Origin: an uncultured Phycisphaerales bacterium
GTDB taxonomy: Bacteria; Planctomycetota; Phycisphaerae; Sedimentisphaerales; Anaerobacaceae
DNA length: 64,000 nt
Reading direction: 5' to 3'
Assembly (NCBI GenBank): GCA_963718665.1
Contig: OY970359.1
Span: forward strand, 736,001 to 800,000
Under the pieces are notes generated by a model, which saw only the letters and a program-made list of their open reading frames with translations, did not search any database and was not told where the DNA came from. The stretch's first letter is position 1; each line of letters starts with the position of its first letter. Of the stretch, positions 22,442-31,534 are shown piece after piece. The position numbers and the translations under genes were made by a program.

Positions 22442-23137
22442 TTACTTTTCTTCCTCTTTCTTAACGCCCGCCTGCCCCGCCTTTAATTGCTCGATTTCAG
22501 CCGACAATTCCGCGGCCCAGTTCAATAAATTTGACACTGTTTCCTCGCACTGCTTGTCAATTTCTTTCGCCACCCTCTCATCCCTGCTATTTTCACACTG
22601 TTCAAGCTGACTTCTGACGCCCCGCATATCTTCGTCACTTTTTTTCATCTGGGCCTGGAGCTTCGCGTTGAGCTCCTTTATCTGGTCATCTCGCTTTGTT
22701 ATTTCCGCCTGGGTCAACGCCTGGGCTTTTTTAAGCTGCTCACGCTCACTAAGTTTTTTTATCCCGTCATCTCTCTTTGCTATTTCCGTCTGGACCAACG
22801 CCTGGGCTTTTTTAAGCTGCTCGCTTAGTTTTTTTATCTCGTTACCTTTTTGTGCTATTTCCGCTAAGAGCGGCGCCTGGGCTTTTTTAAGCTGCTCGCT
22901 TAGTTTTTTTATCTCGTCATCCTTCTTTTTAAATTCGGCCTGGAACTGCGTATTGAGATTCTTTATATCATCATCTTTCTTCTTTTTTTCGGCCTGAAGC
23001 TGCGATTGCAGGTTTATATTTTCGGCCGCTGTCAGCCGGGCCATTTTGTCTCCTGATGATGCCTGCTCTTCCTGGCAGCCGCCTGCCCAAACAGCCGCCA
23101 TACTAATTGCCAAAACCGCCGCAAATATCTTTTTCAT
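22442..23137 (-). CDS. Coiled-coil lipoprotein with internal tandem repeats
   Basis: Signal peptide with AGGC lipobox; repeated IKKLSE(RE)QLKKAQA. Confidence 0.7.
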   Translation of the reverse strand: MKKIFAAVLAISMAAVWAGGCQEEQASSGDKMARLTAAENINLQSQLQAEKKKKDDDIKNLNTQFQAEFKKKDDEIKKLSEQLKKAQAPLLAEIAQKGNEIKKLSEQLKKAQALVQTEIAKRDDGIKKLSEREQLKKAQALTQAEITKRDDQIKELNAKLQAQMKKSDEDMRGVRSQLEQCENSRDERVAKEIDKQCEETVSNLLNWAAELSAEIEQLKAGQAGVKKEEEK

Positions 23138-23189
23138 TTCTGTCGCCCCTTTCAATTCGCTTATACAAAATTAATTCCGCCCGCCAAAG

Positions 23190-23837
23190 TTATTCCATAA
23201 CCTGCTCAGCCCTTGGCTGGGTCGGGTCGAGCTTGATAAACACCAATGGCATAGGATGGGCCTTTATCCCCTTTATATTCGGCGGGGTCGCCCCCTTAAG
23301 CCATCTGAAGCTGAACCACTGGGTGTCCCACCTGCTGCCATCTTCTGAGACGAAGCCCTCGAAATAATCCTCCATCCGGCCTTCCAGCTCGCCTGATGGC
23401 ATTTTCATTATGAAGTAATCGATTACAATTTTCGCCCGGAGCATCCGCGCATCCGGAAAATACTTCGCCTCGCAGGGGCCAAGCTTAAAGACATAGTAGG
23501 AATTATCCGGGCCGTTGGCTTCTGCTCCCCCTTGTTCAACCTTTAGCGCCCCTGCCTCAGGGTGAACAATCCTCAACATCGAGCCATTCGATTCAAACTT
23601 GATGTCCCATAAAATATCGGGTATCTCCGCCTCCCATACGCCGACCATTGATTCAGGGAACAGGCCGGATTTACCCTGGAAAAAGTCCGGTATCGCCCCG
23701 CCTTCGGGAGCATTGCCGTCCCAGATTGAATTCGGGTCCCAGGGTTTTTCCCATTGTTTAAGATTATGATTCCCGCACCCGCCGGCAAAACCAAGAGCAG
23801 ACACCGCACAAACTAAAACAATCAATTGTCGTTTCAT
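23190..23837 (-). CDS. Hypothetical lipoprotein
   Basis: Signal peptide ending AGGC; GAGG RBS. Confidence 0.65.
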   Translation of the reverse strand: MKRQLIVLVCAVSALGFAGGCGNHNLKQWEKPWDPNSIWDGNAPEGGAIPDFFQGKSGLFPESMVGVWEAEIPDILWDIKFESNGSMLRIVHPEAGALKVEQGGAEANGPDNSYYVFKLGPCEAKYFPDARMLRAKIVIDYFIMKMPSGELEGRMEDYFEGFVSEDGSRWDTQWFSFRWLKGATPPNIKGIKAHPMPLVFIKLDPTQPRAEQVME

Positions 23838-23989
23838 TTTAAGTAACCTCACCTGACACCAATTAATGCTATTTTTTTAGACACTGATTTACACAGATTA
23901 ACACGGTTTTTATTTTTTTTACAGTGTTAATCCACGTCAAAAAATTACTGCGTCTAAATTATAACACACACTGCGTCTAAATAAACAAA

Positions 23990-24027
23990 AAAAGAGGCAT
24001 CCCTTACTTAGGGATGCCTTTGTTTTT
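23990..24027. terminator. Intrinsic terminator hairpin
   Basis: AGGCATCCCT-TACTT-AGGGATGCCT flanked by A and T tracts. Confidence 0.7.
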
Positions 24028-24064
24028 AAAAAACTAATTCTTAGCGCAAACTGCGTCTATATAT

Positions 24065-25318
24065 TTAATTACTGACAACCGGCACCTTATTATATCCGCT
24101 AAACATGATGTATTTGGTTATGTTTGTCAATAAATAGTTCGGGTCGGCATAATGTGTGACCGCTTCACTCCATCCTGAGCCGCCCTGTGTGATTGCGCCG
24201 GAGGTATTGGAATATATTATGTTTTGTACGGCAATCGTTCCAGTCGAATTTAAGTTGTATATATCTGTACTGCTGCCTGAACCAGTCGTAGCGGCCGAAA
24301 TGACCCCATTCGAGAGTATTATGTTTCCTCCTGTTTTATTGATGTAAACGCCATATACATTACCGGCAACATTCTTTCCGGCAGACACGGAGATTGTGAA
24401 ATTTTCCACAACGACCATCGCGGAAATGCCTGTGAAATTTCCCACAACTGCCACTGTGGAAGTGCCGCCGAGAAATTCTATTCCGCTGGTCATTGCCGAC
24501 GCCGCCCCGGCATCGTTTCTGTAAACAAATATACAAACATCCCTGCATACCCCTCTGCTGTTATTATAGAATATCAAAGCTCTCATTGGCGTTATTGTTG
24601 AATATGAGTTTGAGACCTCAAGAATGCAGTTGTCCACCAAAAAATCAGTAGCGCCACCAAGAAATAATGCGTCATAGCCGGATGAAATCCTGCAATTTTT
24701 TATAATAGGTTTGACTGCGTAGGGCATATGAAGACCATCGTATGCACCCGTTATGTCACAATCTTCGATAGTGCAGTTGCTTTTACTAATTCCCACAACG
24801 GCTTGCGTGTATGGACCATTGCCCGGAGGGCCGGTAAGAATCACAGATAGATTTTTAATAACACACCCGTTTCCAAGTTTTATTCCCGGGGAGTTGTTAT
24901 AGTGTGTAATCCTGCTGGCAGACCGGCTCATACCAATAAGCGTAAGGGCTTTATTACTGGCGTCGAGGTCAACTGTTTCGTTATAATCTCCGGGCCAGAT
25001 ATAAATAGTATCACCGTCGGCAGATGCTGCTACCGCGGCGTTTATCGTCGCTAATCCTGTTTGATAACTGTGCCCCTCGTTATTATCATCGCCATCGACA
25101 CGGACATGCCAGGCATTAGGCAGATTCTGGTCAACCGCGGCAAAGCAGGGTGTTGACAATAAAACGAAAGCCAAAATTAAGATAACATGACCTTTTTGAC
25201 GGCAGGGATTTGCAAAACGCCGGAACACAGACGGGATAGCCGCCATAGAAGAAAGGATTATCTTTTCATCAAACATAATTTTTTGCACTCTTTTGTCAGA
25301 GAACTTCCGTTTAAACAA
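24065..25318 (-). CDS. Secreted right-handed parallel beta-helix (pectin-lyase-like) protein
   Basis: GDDNNEGHS...LATINAAV...GDTIYIWPGDYNE followed by repeated I.NC.I strands; AT-richer than flanks; start uncertain. Confidence 0.75.
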   Translation of the reverse strand: MFKRKFSDKRVQKIMFDEKIILSSMAAIPSVFRRFANPCRQKGHVILILAFVLLSTPCFAAVDQNLPNAWHVRVDGDDNNEGHSYQTGLATINAAVAASADGDTIYIWPGDYNETVDLDASNKALTLIGMSRSASRITHYNNSPGIKLGNGCVIKNLSVILTGPPGNGPYTQAVVGISKSNCTIEDCDITGAYDGLHMPYAVKPIIKNCRISSGYDALFLGGATDFLVDNCILEVSNSYSTITPMRALIFYNNSRGVCRDVCIFVYRNDAGAASAMTSGIEFLGGTSTVAVVGNFTGISAMVVVENFTISVSAGKNVAGNVYGVYINKTGGNIILSNGVISAATTGSGSSTDIYNLNSTGTIAVQNIIYSNTSGAITQGGSGWSEAVTHYADPNYLLTNITKYIMFSGYNKVPVVSN

Positions 25319-25400
25319 CAGTCATCCTCAACACCCCTTCTTCACGGGCTGTATAATAGATTAATCGATTGTAAGAAGAATGTCAAGTTAAAAGTGAGTA

Positions 25401-25440
25401 AAAAATAGAGGCAGGCCTTTTGGCCTGCCTCTCTATTTTT
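25401..25440 (-). terminator. Intrinsic terminator hairpin
   Basis: AGAGGCAGGCC-TTTT-GGCCTGCCTCT with A/T tracts, just after the stop at 25459. Confidence 0.75.
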
Positions 25441-25458
25441 AAACCTTTACCCGTTTAA

Positions 25459-27018
25459 CTACGGCGTATTCGGGCAAGTCCCAGCAGGTGCGCAAACTTG
25501 TCCGGACGGGCACGTTCCGCCTGTCGGGTTGCACCAATACCAGAAGTTCGGGTCCGCTGTTGTGGATGTATCTCCGCAAAGCGGTACGCTCGATGCCGCC
25601 TTGTTGAAATATGCTCTCAAGAGTGTCAAATCATTGGAGCCAACCCAATACAACGACAACTGTTTCTTGTGGTCGAACGCAGCGCAGATGCCGGTACCAG
25701 CAGGAACCGGGTTCTTGTTGAATGCGCCTCTCAAGATAGTCAACTCATTGGAACCGACCCAATACAACGACAACTGCTGCTTGCCGTCTGCATTGCCGTG
25801 GCACTGTCTCGGATAAGCCCAGCAAGCTGGTTTGTTATTGGCTACCCAGTTGGCATAGAAGCTATTCGTTGTAGCCGTATCCTTAATGGGATAGCTGACG
25901 ATGCTAAGAGTAACCGTCGTGCCGCAACCTAATGTTCCGGCAACGGGGCTCTGAGCATATACATTGCCCACAGCCATAACGCCATCGCCGGGGACATTAA
26001 CATCCGTGCCGACAACAAAACCGGCATTGGTAAGAGCTGTAACAGCAGCGGCCCGTGTCAATCCAGTAACGACCGGCTCAGGCGGCGCAACGCCATACGT
26101 GTAGTTGACAGCGTAACCCTGAGCTTTGCAGCCGGTGTCCTGACTGATAATTACGCCCAGATGGTTGCAATCAACAACGGCTGTACCTGTGCAAGTAAAT
26201 CCTTGAGCTGTCCACACCGTACATGAGTTCGATACTATCTGGCCAACCTCGTTGGTGATGGTTTGGCCTGTCTCATACGAATAGTTGACCGTAGAACCCG
26301 GATTTACGCAGCCGGTGTTCTGGCTGCAAACCGTATTATAGGTGCATGCGCAAGTAGCTGAACCTGTGCCGTTCGGCGTAAAGCCGGCAGTTGTAAGTGC
26401 TGTATCAGCAGCCGCCTTCGTCAGACCGGTGATAGTCGGGATAGTGGTGCATGTCAGGAACACCAGCTTGGTTCCAGTCAAAACCGGCGACGGGGCAAGA
26501 GAGGCGTCCTCAAGAACTATACCGCCGCGTGTGTTGTTCAAGGCAATCGACAGGTTGCCGTCGTGTGCGCCGTTACCGTTGACGTCGAGCCGGAACAACA
26601 GGCCCGAAGTGCCCGGTGCATTGCCATCGACGTATAATGTGCCCAATTCAACGGTAATCGCGCTCGTACCCAGACCTGATTTGGTGTTCGGGTCGCTCGT
26701 CCGAGCAACCGGGGTGTAATTTGTGTCGGCCCAGTTGGGACTGGAGGCATTGATATAGTTCGCGAACTTACCGGGGAATATACCATAGCCGCCGCCCGGG
26801 ACATTGCTCTCGCCAGTGTTAAAATCACGGATATCGCTGATAGTCAGGCCGTTATCAACCGTTATATCAAGCGCAAACGCCCGCACCTTTTCAGCTGCCG
26901 AGCAATTATACCTGAACTCAACGACCCCGCTGCCCTTGTCGGTCGCTGTAACGCTTACCGTCGCCAGAACGGGCGCAGCGATAATCAGCATTGCAATAAC
27001 TAATAAAATCTTCTTCAT
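25459..27018 (-). CDS. Secreted protein: cohesin-like domain, Cys-rich PASTA-like repeats, dockerin-like C-terminus
   Basis: Signal peptide; RAFALDITVD/SGLLFRLDV; P.VTGLTRAAAVTALTNAGFVVG...VYAQSP..G PASTA; duplicated QLSLYWVGSN(E/D)LT. Confidence 0.7.
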   Translation of the reverse strand: MKKILLVIAMLIIAAPVLATVSVTATDKGSGVVEFRYNCSAAEKVRAFALDITVDNGLTISDIRDFNTGESNVPGGGYGIFPGKFANYINASSPNWADTNYTPVARTSDPNTKSGLGTSAITVELGTLYVDGNAPGTSGLLFRLDVNGNGAHDGNLSIALNNTRGGIVLEDASLAPSPVLTGTKLVFLTCTTIPTITGLTKAAADTALTTAGFTPNGTGSATCACTYNTVCSQNTGCVNPGSTVNYSYETGQTITNEVGQIVSNSCTVWTAQGFTCTGTAVVDCNHLGVIISQDTGCKAQGYAVNYTYGVAPPEPVVTGLTRAAAVTALTNAGFVVGTDVNVPGDGVMAVGNVYAQSPVAGTLGCGTTVTLSIVSYPIKDTATTNSFYANWVANNKPACWAYPRQCHGNADGKQQLSLYWVGSNELTILRGAFNKNPVPAGTGICAAFDHKKQLSLYWVGSNDLTLLRAYFNKAASSVPLCGDTSTTADPNFWYWCNPTGGTCPSGQVCAPAGTCPNTP

Positions 27019-27060
27019 AATCAAATCCTCCAAATTAAAGCCCCAGAGTAATTGTTTTTA

Positions 27061-27492
27061 AGCCACAGAGGACACAGAGCACACAGAGAATAATAAAAAC
27101 AGTGTTAATCTGTGTCCGCCTTTGGCGAGACCTCGCTGAAGGCGGGTAAATCCGTGTCTGATATTAACTTATCGGTATAATAGAGCACTGCCATTTGCGT
27201 AATCCGGATTATACCATATCAAAACCCTAAAGTCCAATAAAAACCAAGCCACAGGGTGTTTTTTTACCTTAGCCACAGAGCACACAGAGAGCACAGAGAA
27301 TAATAAAAATTCCAATATCGACATCTTTGCAATTTCGGATTCTTTATTCTTCCGCCGCAATACTACGGCTGGTAACCCATAGATGAAGTTATCCGACGAT
27401 GGCGAACAGGCAGAATCCTGAAACCCAAATGCTATGGGTGTTAACCCATAGTAGTTTACTTAACTCTGTGTCCTCTGTGCTCTCTGTGGCTA
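27061..27492. repeat. Cluster of CCACAGAG-type inverted-repeat elements with nested palindromes
   Basis: AGCCACAGAGgACACAGAG arms at 27061 and 27271, reverse arm CTCTGTGTCCTCTGTGCTCTCTGTGGCT at 27464-27491. Confidence 0.8.
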
Positions 27493-27498
27493 AACCGC

Positions 27499-28077
27499 TT
27501 ATTTTCGACGACGCAGGAGCAGGCCGCCAAGGCCGAGTAGCGCTATTGTCATCGGCTCAGGAACCTGGTGAATGACCACGGTGTCCGATACTGCCATCAA
27601 ATAGCTGCCCTGGCCGTCATCAACGACGCTGCCAAGTATAATGGTCGAGTCGCCGACGATTTCGGCGCGATATGTAATGCCGTCAACCACTGTGCCGTTC
27701 ATAACCAGCGACGGAGTTGTTTTACCGATTAGATTGATGTAATACGTCTGGGTTACATCCAGCCAGTCATATTCATATTGACGGACGGCATTGACAATCT
27801 GGTCGCCTGCGCCCTTATGGAGTGTTATCTCGCCGGCGGTAGCGCTGAAATCCGGCCATATAACACTGCCGCCCGATACCGTTCCCAAGCTGCCTTCTGT
27901 AACGAACAAATACAGGTTCGATGGGCTTTGTTCATCAGCAGCGATGATACTGATTGTCGCTGTTTCGCCGGGGCCAATACTTGCCCCACCAGTTTTACCA
28001 TTCACATTGATTACCACCGCCGCATTGGCTATTGCGGCCATTGACAGAATCATTAAAACCGCCAATAATTTTTTCAT
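27499..28077 (-). CDS. PEP-CTERM sorting domain protein
   Basis: Signal peptide; C-terminal VPEPMTIALLGLGGLLLRRRK; AAGGAGG RBS. Confidence 0.92.
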   Translation of the reverse strand: MKKLLAVLMILSMAAIANAAVVINVNGKTGGASIGPGETATISIIAADEQSPSNLYLFVTEGSLGTVSGGSVIWPDFSATAGEITLHKGAGDQIVNAVRQYEYDWLDVTQTYYINLIGKTTPSLVMNGTVVDGITYRAEIVGDSTIILGSVVDDGQGSYLMAVSDTVVIHQVPEPMTIALLGLGGLLLRRRK

Positions 28078-28250
28078 ATTGTCCTCCTTTCAATTTTATT
28101 CGACCTTCCAGCATAGCCGGCCAACCGGGAAAGACGCCTCTCCTCGAACCGGCTAAATTTATGGAAGTACCTTCTTCGGGGAGAATTATGCCAGATTATA
28201 AACGCCGTTGTCCAGTAAAAAACAGGCCGCAGAGCGTTTTTTTTATCTTG

Positions 28251-28358
28251 GCCACAGAGGGCACAGAGGACACAGAGTGAACTTTAAAAAATAACTCTCA
28301 AAAACGAACCCGCCGAAGGCGGACAAATTCTCTCTGCTCTCTATGTGCTCTGTGGCTT
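28251..28358. repeat. CCACAGAG-type inverted-repeat element containing CCCGCCGAAGGCGGA
   Basis: GCCACAGAGGGCACAGAGGACACAGAG ... CTCTCTGCTCTCTATGTGCTCTGTGGC. Confidence 0.75.
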
Positions 28359-28362
28359 AAAC

Positions 28363-28399
28363 AAAAAAAAAGAGGCAAGCCAAACCGGCTTGCCTCTCT
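28363..28399 (-). terminator. Intrinsic terminator hairpin
   Basis: AGAGGCAAGCC-AAACC-GGCTTGCCTCT with a poly-A tract (poly-U on the minus strand). Confidence 0.75.
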
Positions 28400-28430
28400 G
28401 TAAAGCTAAAACGTGTTCTGTCGTTATCGC

Positions 28431-28994
28431 TTATTTGCTGCGACGACGAAGGAACAGACCGCCAAGACCGAGCAGACACATTGTCATCGGCTCTGGTATC
28501 TGGGTAATAGTCATGGTGCTAGTAGTGTTAAATGTTGCGCCATCTGTCTCAATAAGTGACAATGTCTGAGTACCAGCCGCAATAGCTGTATACTTAATAT
28601 TGTCAAATATTTGCTGGCCAGCAGCCAACGAGGACAACTGGAACAGTGTTACGCCAAAAAGGGGTCCGTCCTCATTTGCAGGAAACATTCCCGTAGCACC
28701 AGCATTCGTTAAGATTCCCAGACCGGAATCAACGGGAACAACAGTACCAGCGCTAAAGTCAAACGTGCCGAGCGAGGTATCACCAATTAACACAGCGTAG
28801 AAGTTATCACCAGTACCGGGCCAACCTGCACCCGCTGTAATCATAGTACCTGCCTGGACACCCAAATCACTGATCACCCCGGTCGCAGTAATTGTGGCTG
28901 CCGTGGTCACAACATCACCAGAAGTAATTACCAGCCCTGCGTTGGCCATTGTGGCCATCGACAAAACTAATGCTAAAACTAACAACTTTTTCAT
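28431..28994 (-). CDS. PEP-CTERM sorting domain protein
   Basis: Signal peptide; C-terminal IPEPMTMCLLGLGGLFLRRRSK; AAGGAGG RBS. Confidence 0.92.
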   Translation of the reverse strand: MKKLLVLALVLSMATMANAGLVITSGDVVTTAATITATGVISDLGVQAGTMITAGAGWPGTGDNFYAVLIGDTSLGTFDFSAGTVVPVDSGLGILTNAGATGMFPANEDGPLFGVTLFQLSSLAAGQQIFDNIKYTAIAAGTQTLSLIETDGATFNTTSTMTITQIPEPMTMCLLGLGGLFLRRRSK

Positions 28995-29075
28995 CTTAAT
29001 CCTCCTTACGGATTCAATAAAGTTTTTAACATTCAAAGTTAAACACATAAATCATTTACTTTCAAAAACACTCTT

Positions 29076-30899
29076 TTAAGGCGTATTCGGGCAAATCGGG
29101 GCAGTAGCGCAAGTTACTCCGGCCGGACATGCTACACCAGTCGGATTGCAGAAATACCAGAAGTTCGGGTCTGATGCGCCTGTAACTCCGCAAACTGGGA
29201 CCAAGCTTGCCGCCTTGTTGAAATATGCTCTCAAGAGTGTCAAATCATTGGAGCCAACCCAATACAACGACAACTGTTTCTTGTGGTCGAACGCAGCGCA
29301 AATGCCGGTACCAGCAGGAACCGGGTTCTTGTTGAATGCGCCTCTCAAGATAGTCAACTCATTGGAACCGACCCAATACAACGACAACTGCTCCTTGCCG
29401 TCTGCATTACCATGGCACTGTCTCGGATAAGCCCAGCACTGCGGTTTGCCAAGGCTAACCCAGTTGGCATAGAAGCTATTCGTCGTAGCAGTCGGTTTAA
29501 TCGGATAGACGACAACGCTAAGAGTTACCGTCGTACCGCAACCTGGTGTTGCTCCTACAGCCGGGCTCGTATTAAATACATTACCTACCGTGTTAACTGT
29601 AGCAGTACCCCAGCTACAAACATCCGTTGAGCTGGCGCCGGCAACAAAACCGGCATTGGTAAGAGCTGTAACAGCATTGGCCCGTGTCATACCGACAACG
29701 TTCGGAACAGCCGGCACAGAGCCATACGAGTAGTTGACAGCATAGCCCTGAGCTTTGCAGCCGGTGTCCTGGCTGATAATAAGACCAGCCGGGCAAGTAG
29801 GAACGGGTGTTCCGGTGCCATTAGCAAACCCTTGACCTGTCCACGCCGATTGCGCGTTCGCTACTGTCTGGCCAACCTCGTTGGCGATGGTTTTGCCTGC
29901 CTCATACGTATAGTTGACAACGTAACCCTGAGCTTTGCAACCGGTGTCCTGGGTGAGAACTGCGTTGTAAGTGCCCGTGCACGATACTGAAGGCGTGCCG
30001 CTGACACCAAATCCTTGAGCTATCCACGCTGCTTCCGCGGTCGCCCTGTCTACACCGACCTCGCCGGTGATGCTTTTTCCTGCCTCATACGTATAGTTGA
30101 CTGTGTGAGGCGGACTAAAGCAGCCGGTGTCAAAGCCGGGGAGAACTATGCCGTAAGTGCCCGTGCAACCTACTACAGGTGCGCCATTCGGCGTAAAGCC
30201 GGCATTGGCAGCGATAATCGCCGCATCAGCCTGCGCCTTCGTCATCCCGGTGAGATCCGGGATATTGGTGCAGGATGACGGGAAACAAACATCAATCGTA
30301 AACGGCATATTTGTCGTCACCGAGTTTGTACATACGTCCACCACTCCGCCACGCATCGCGTCAGCAGCAACAGTCAAGTTTGCGTCACCACGGAATGCAT
30401 AGGCATTGACATCGATTCTGAACAAGGTGCCTGACAGGGGCGGTGCATTCATGTCGGTTCCGCCAACAATGTTCGGAGCTCCCAGATAACCCAACTCAGC
30501 TATAATTGAGCCATAGCCGATACCGGTGCCTAATGCGCCTGGATCGTTGTAGTATGGGGTCGGGTTGTAGTTGCTGTCGCTCCAGTTGTAATTCGTCGGG
30601 GAGACGTACTGACGGAATCTGCCTGGAAATATCCCGTAACCACTCGGCGTGTTTGGATAGTTGTTTTCGCCGATGTTGAAGTCGCGGATATTACCAAAGG
30701 TGCAGCCGCTGTCAACGTTTATATCGAGAGCAAATGCCCTGATACTTAAGCCGGTGCCAGTGTAGCCGATCCTGATAATCGCCGCTATATTGCCGTCAGG
30801 AGTAGCGTATGTCCCTTCCTGGACGGCTGTGATTGTAACGCTCGCCATTAACGGTGAAACCGCTAACAGCATCGCAACAATCAGTAAAGCTTTCCTCAT
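29076..30899 (-). CDS. Secreted protein: cohesin-like domain, PASTA-like repeats, dockerin-like C-terminus (paralogue of 25459..27018)
   Basis: Same architecture with one extra repeat; VPNVVGMTRANAVTALTNAGF PASTA; near-identical C-terminus. Confidence 0.7.
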   Translation of the reverse strand: MRKALLIVAMLLAVSPLMASVTITAVQEGTYATPDGNIAAIIRIGYTGTGLSIRAFALDINVDSGCTFGNIRDFNIGENNYPNTPSGYGIFPGRFRQYVSPTNYNWSDSNYNPTPYYNDPGALGTGIGYGSIIAELGYLGAPNIVGGTDMNAPPLSGTLFRIDVNAYAFRGDANLTVAADAMRGGVVDVCTNSVTTNMPFTIDVCFPSSCTNIPDLTGMTKAQADAAIIAANAGFTPNGAPVVGCTGTYGIVLPGFDTGCFSPPHTVNYTYEAGKSITGEVGVDRATAEAAWIAQGFGVSGTPSVSCTGTYNAVLTQDTGCKAQGYVVNYTYEAGKTIANEVGQTVANAQSAWTGQGFANGTGTPVPTCPAGLIISQDTGCKAQGYAVNYSYGSVPAVPNVVGMTRANAVTALTNAGFVAGASSTDVCSWGTATVNTVGNVFNTSPAVGATPGCGTTVTLSVVVYPIKPTATTNSFYANWVSLGKPQCWAYPRQCHGNADGKEQLSLYWVGSNELTILRGAFNKNPVPAGTGICAAFDHKKQLSLYWVGSNDLTLLRAYFNKAASLVPVCGVTGASDPNFWYFCNPTGVACPAGVTCATAPICPNTP

Positions 30900-31471
30900 A
30901 AAAACCTTCCTTTCTTTCCTTCCCCGCGGAGCCACACGCCCCACGGTGTTTTGGTTTTCCCTGCTGAAAAATACTTTCGCAAAACTACGCTCGCTCATTA
31001 ATTTCAATCTGACAATCTACTTTATCTGAGCTTGGCTACTCGGCCGGCAGGACAGCCGAAAGAAAAAGAGAAAATAGAAACTACTTATTCACTCCTCCGT
31101 TGACTCCTTTCTGCCATAAAAGGCGTAATCGTGCGAATTCAACTACTATGCACAAGGTTACTATTAGTGAAAGTCAAGTGTATATTAACATAGAAAACCG
31201 TGTTTAGTCAAGTGTTTTTTTCGTTAAAATGCAGATAAAATTCGATTAAGCGTCCGATAACGGCGCAACACCCCATAAAAACCCCTTTTACAATGCTAAC
31301 CTCTGTTTTGACAACAACTTAGGCAATTGGTAATATAGGGAAAACCGGCCATATAGGCATTTTTTTGATATGACTTTTCAGTACTGGCAGGTTGAATTTG
31401 GTAAATTTACACATTTTAGGGATTTACCGCCTGCCCCGCCATCTGTCCTCTGTTCTCCGTCATCCGTCTTC

Positions 31472-31500
31472 TGTCATTCCTGCGGAAGCAGGAATCCAGT
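31472..31500. repeat. ATTCC-N-GGAAT palindromic element preceded by a heptamer array
   Basis: TGTCATTCCTGCGGAAGCAGGAATCCAG; upstream TCTGTCC/TCTGTTC/TCCGTCA/TCCGTCT repeats at 31442-31476. Confidence 0.6.
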
Positions 31501-31534
31501 TTTACTTTTCTGATTTGTTTGTTATCCTTCTGCT

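Noticed and set aside
27061..28358. CRISPR array
   Set aside because: Repeats are inverted, irregularly spaced and degenerate; no cas genes
25594..29438. Diversity-generating retroelement template/variable repeat pair
   Set aside because: Both copies lie in intact genes, only four differences exist and they are not adenine-specific, and no reverse transcriptase is in the window
31080..31112. Micro-ORF after tandem Shine-Dalgarno-like sites upstream of the adaptor gene
   Set aside because: Only three codons (GTG AAT AAG TAG); cannot be told apart from chance
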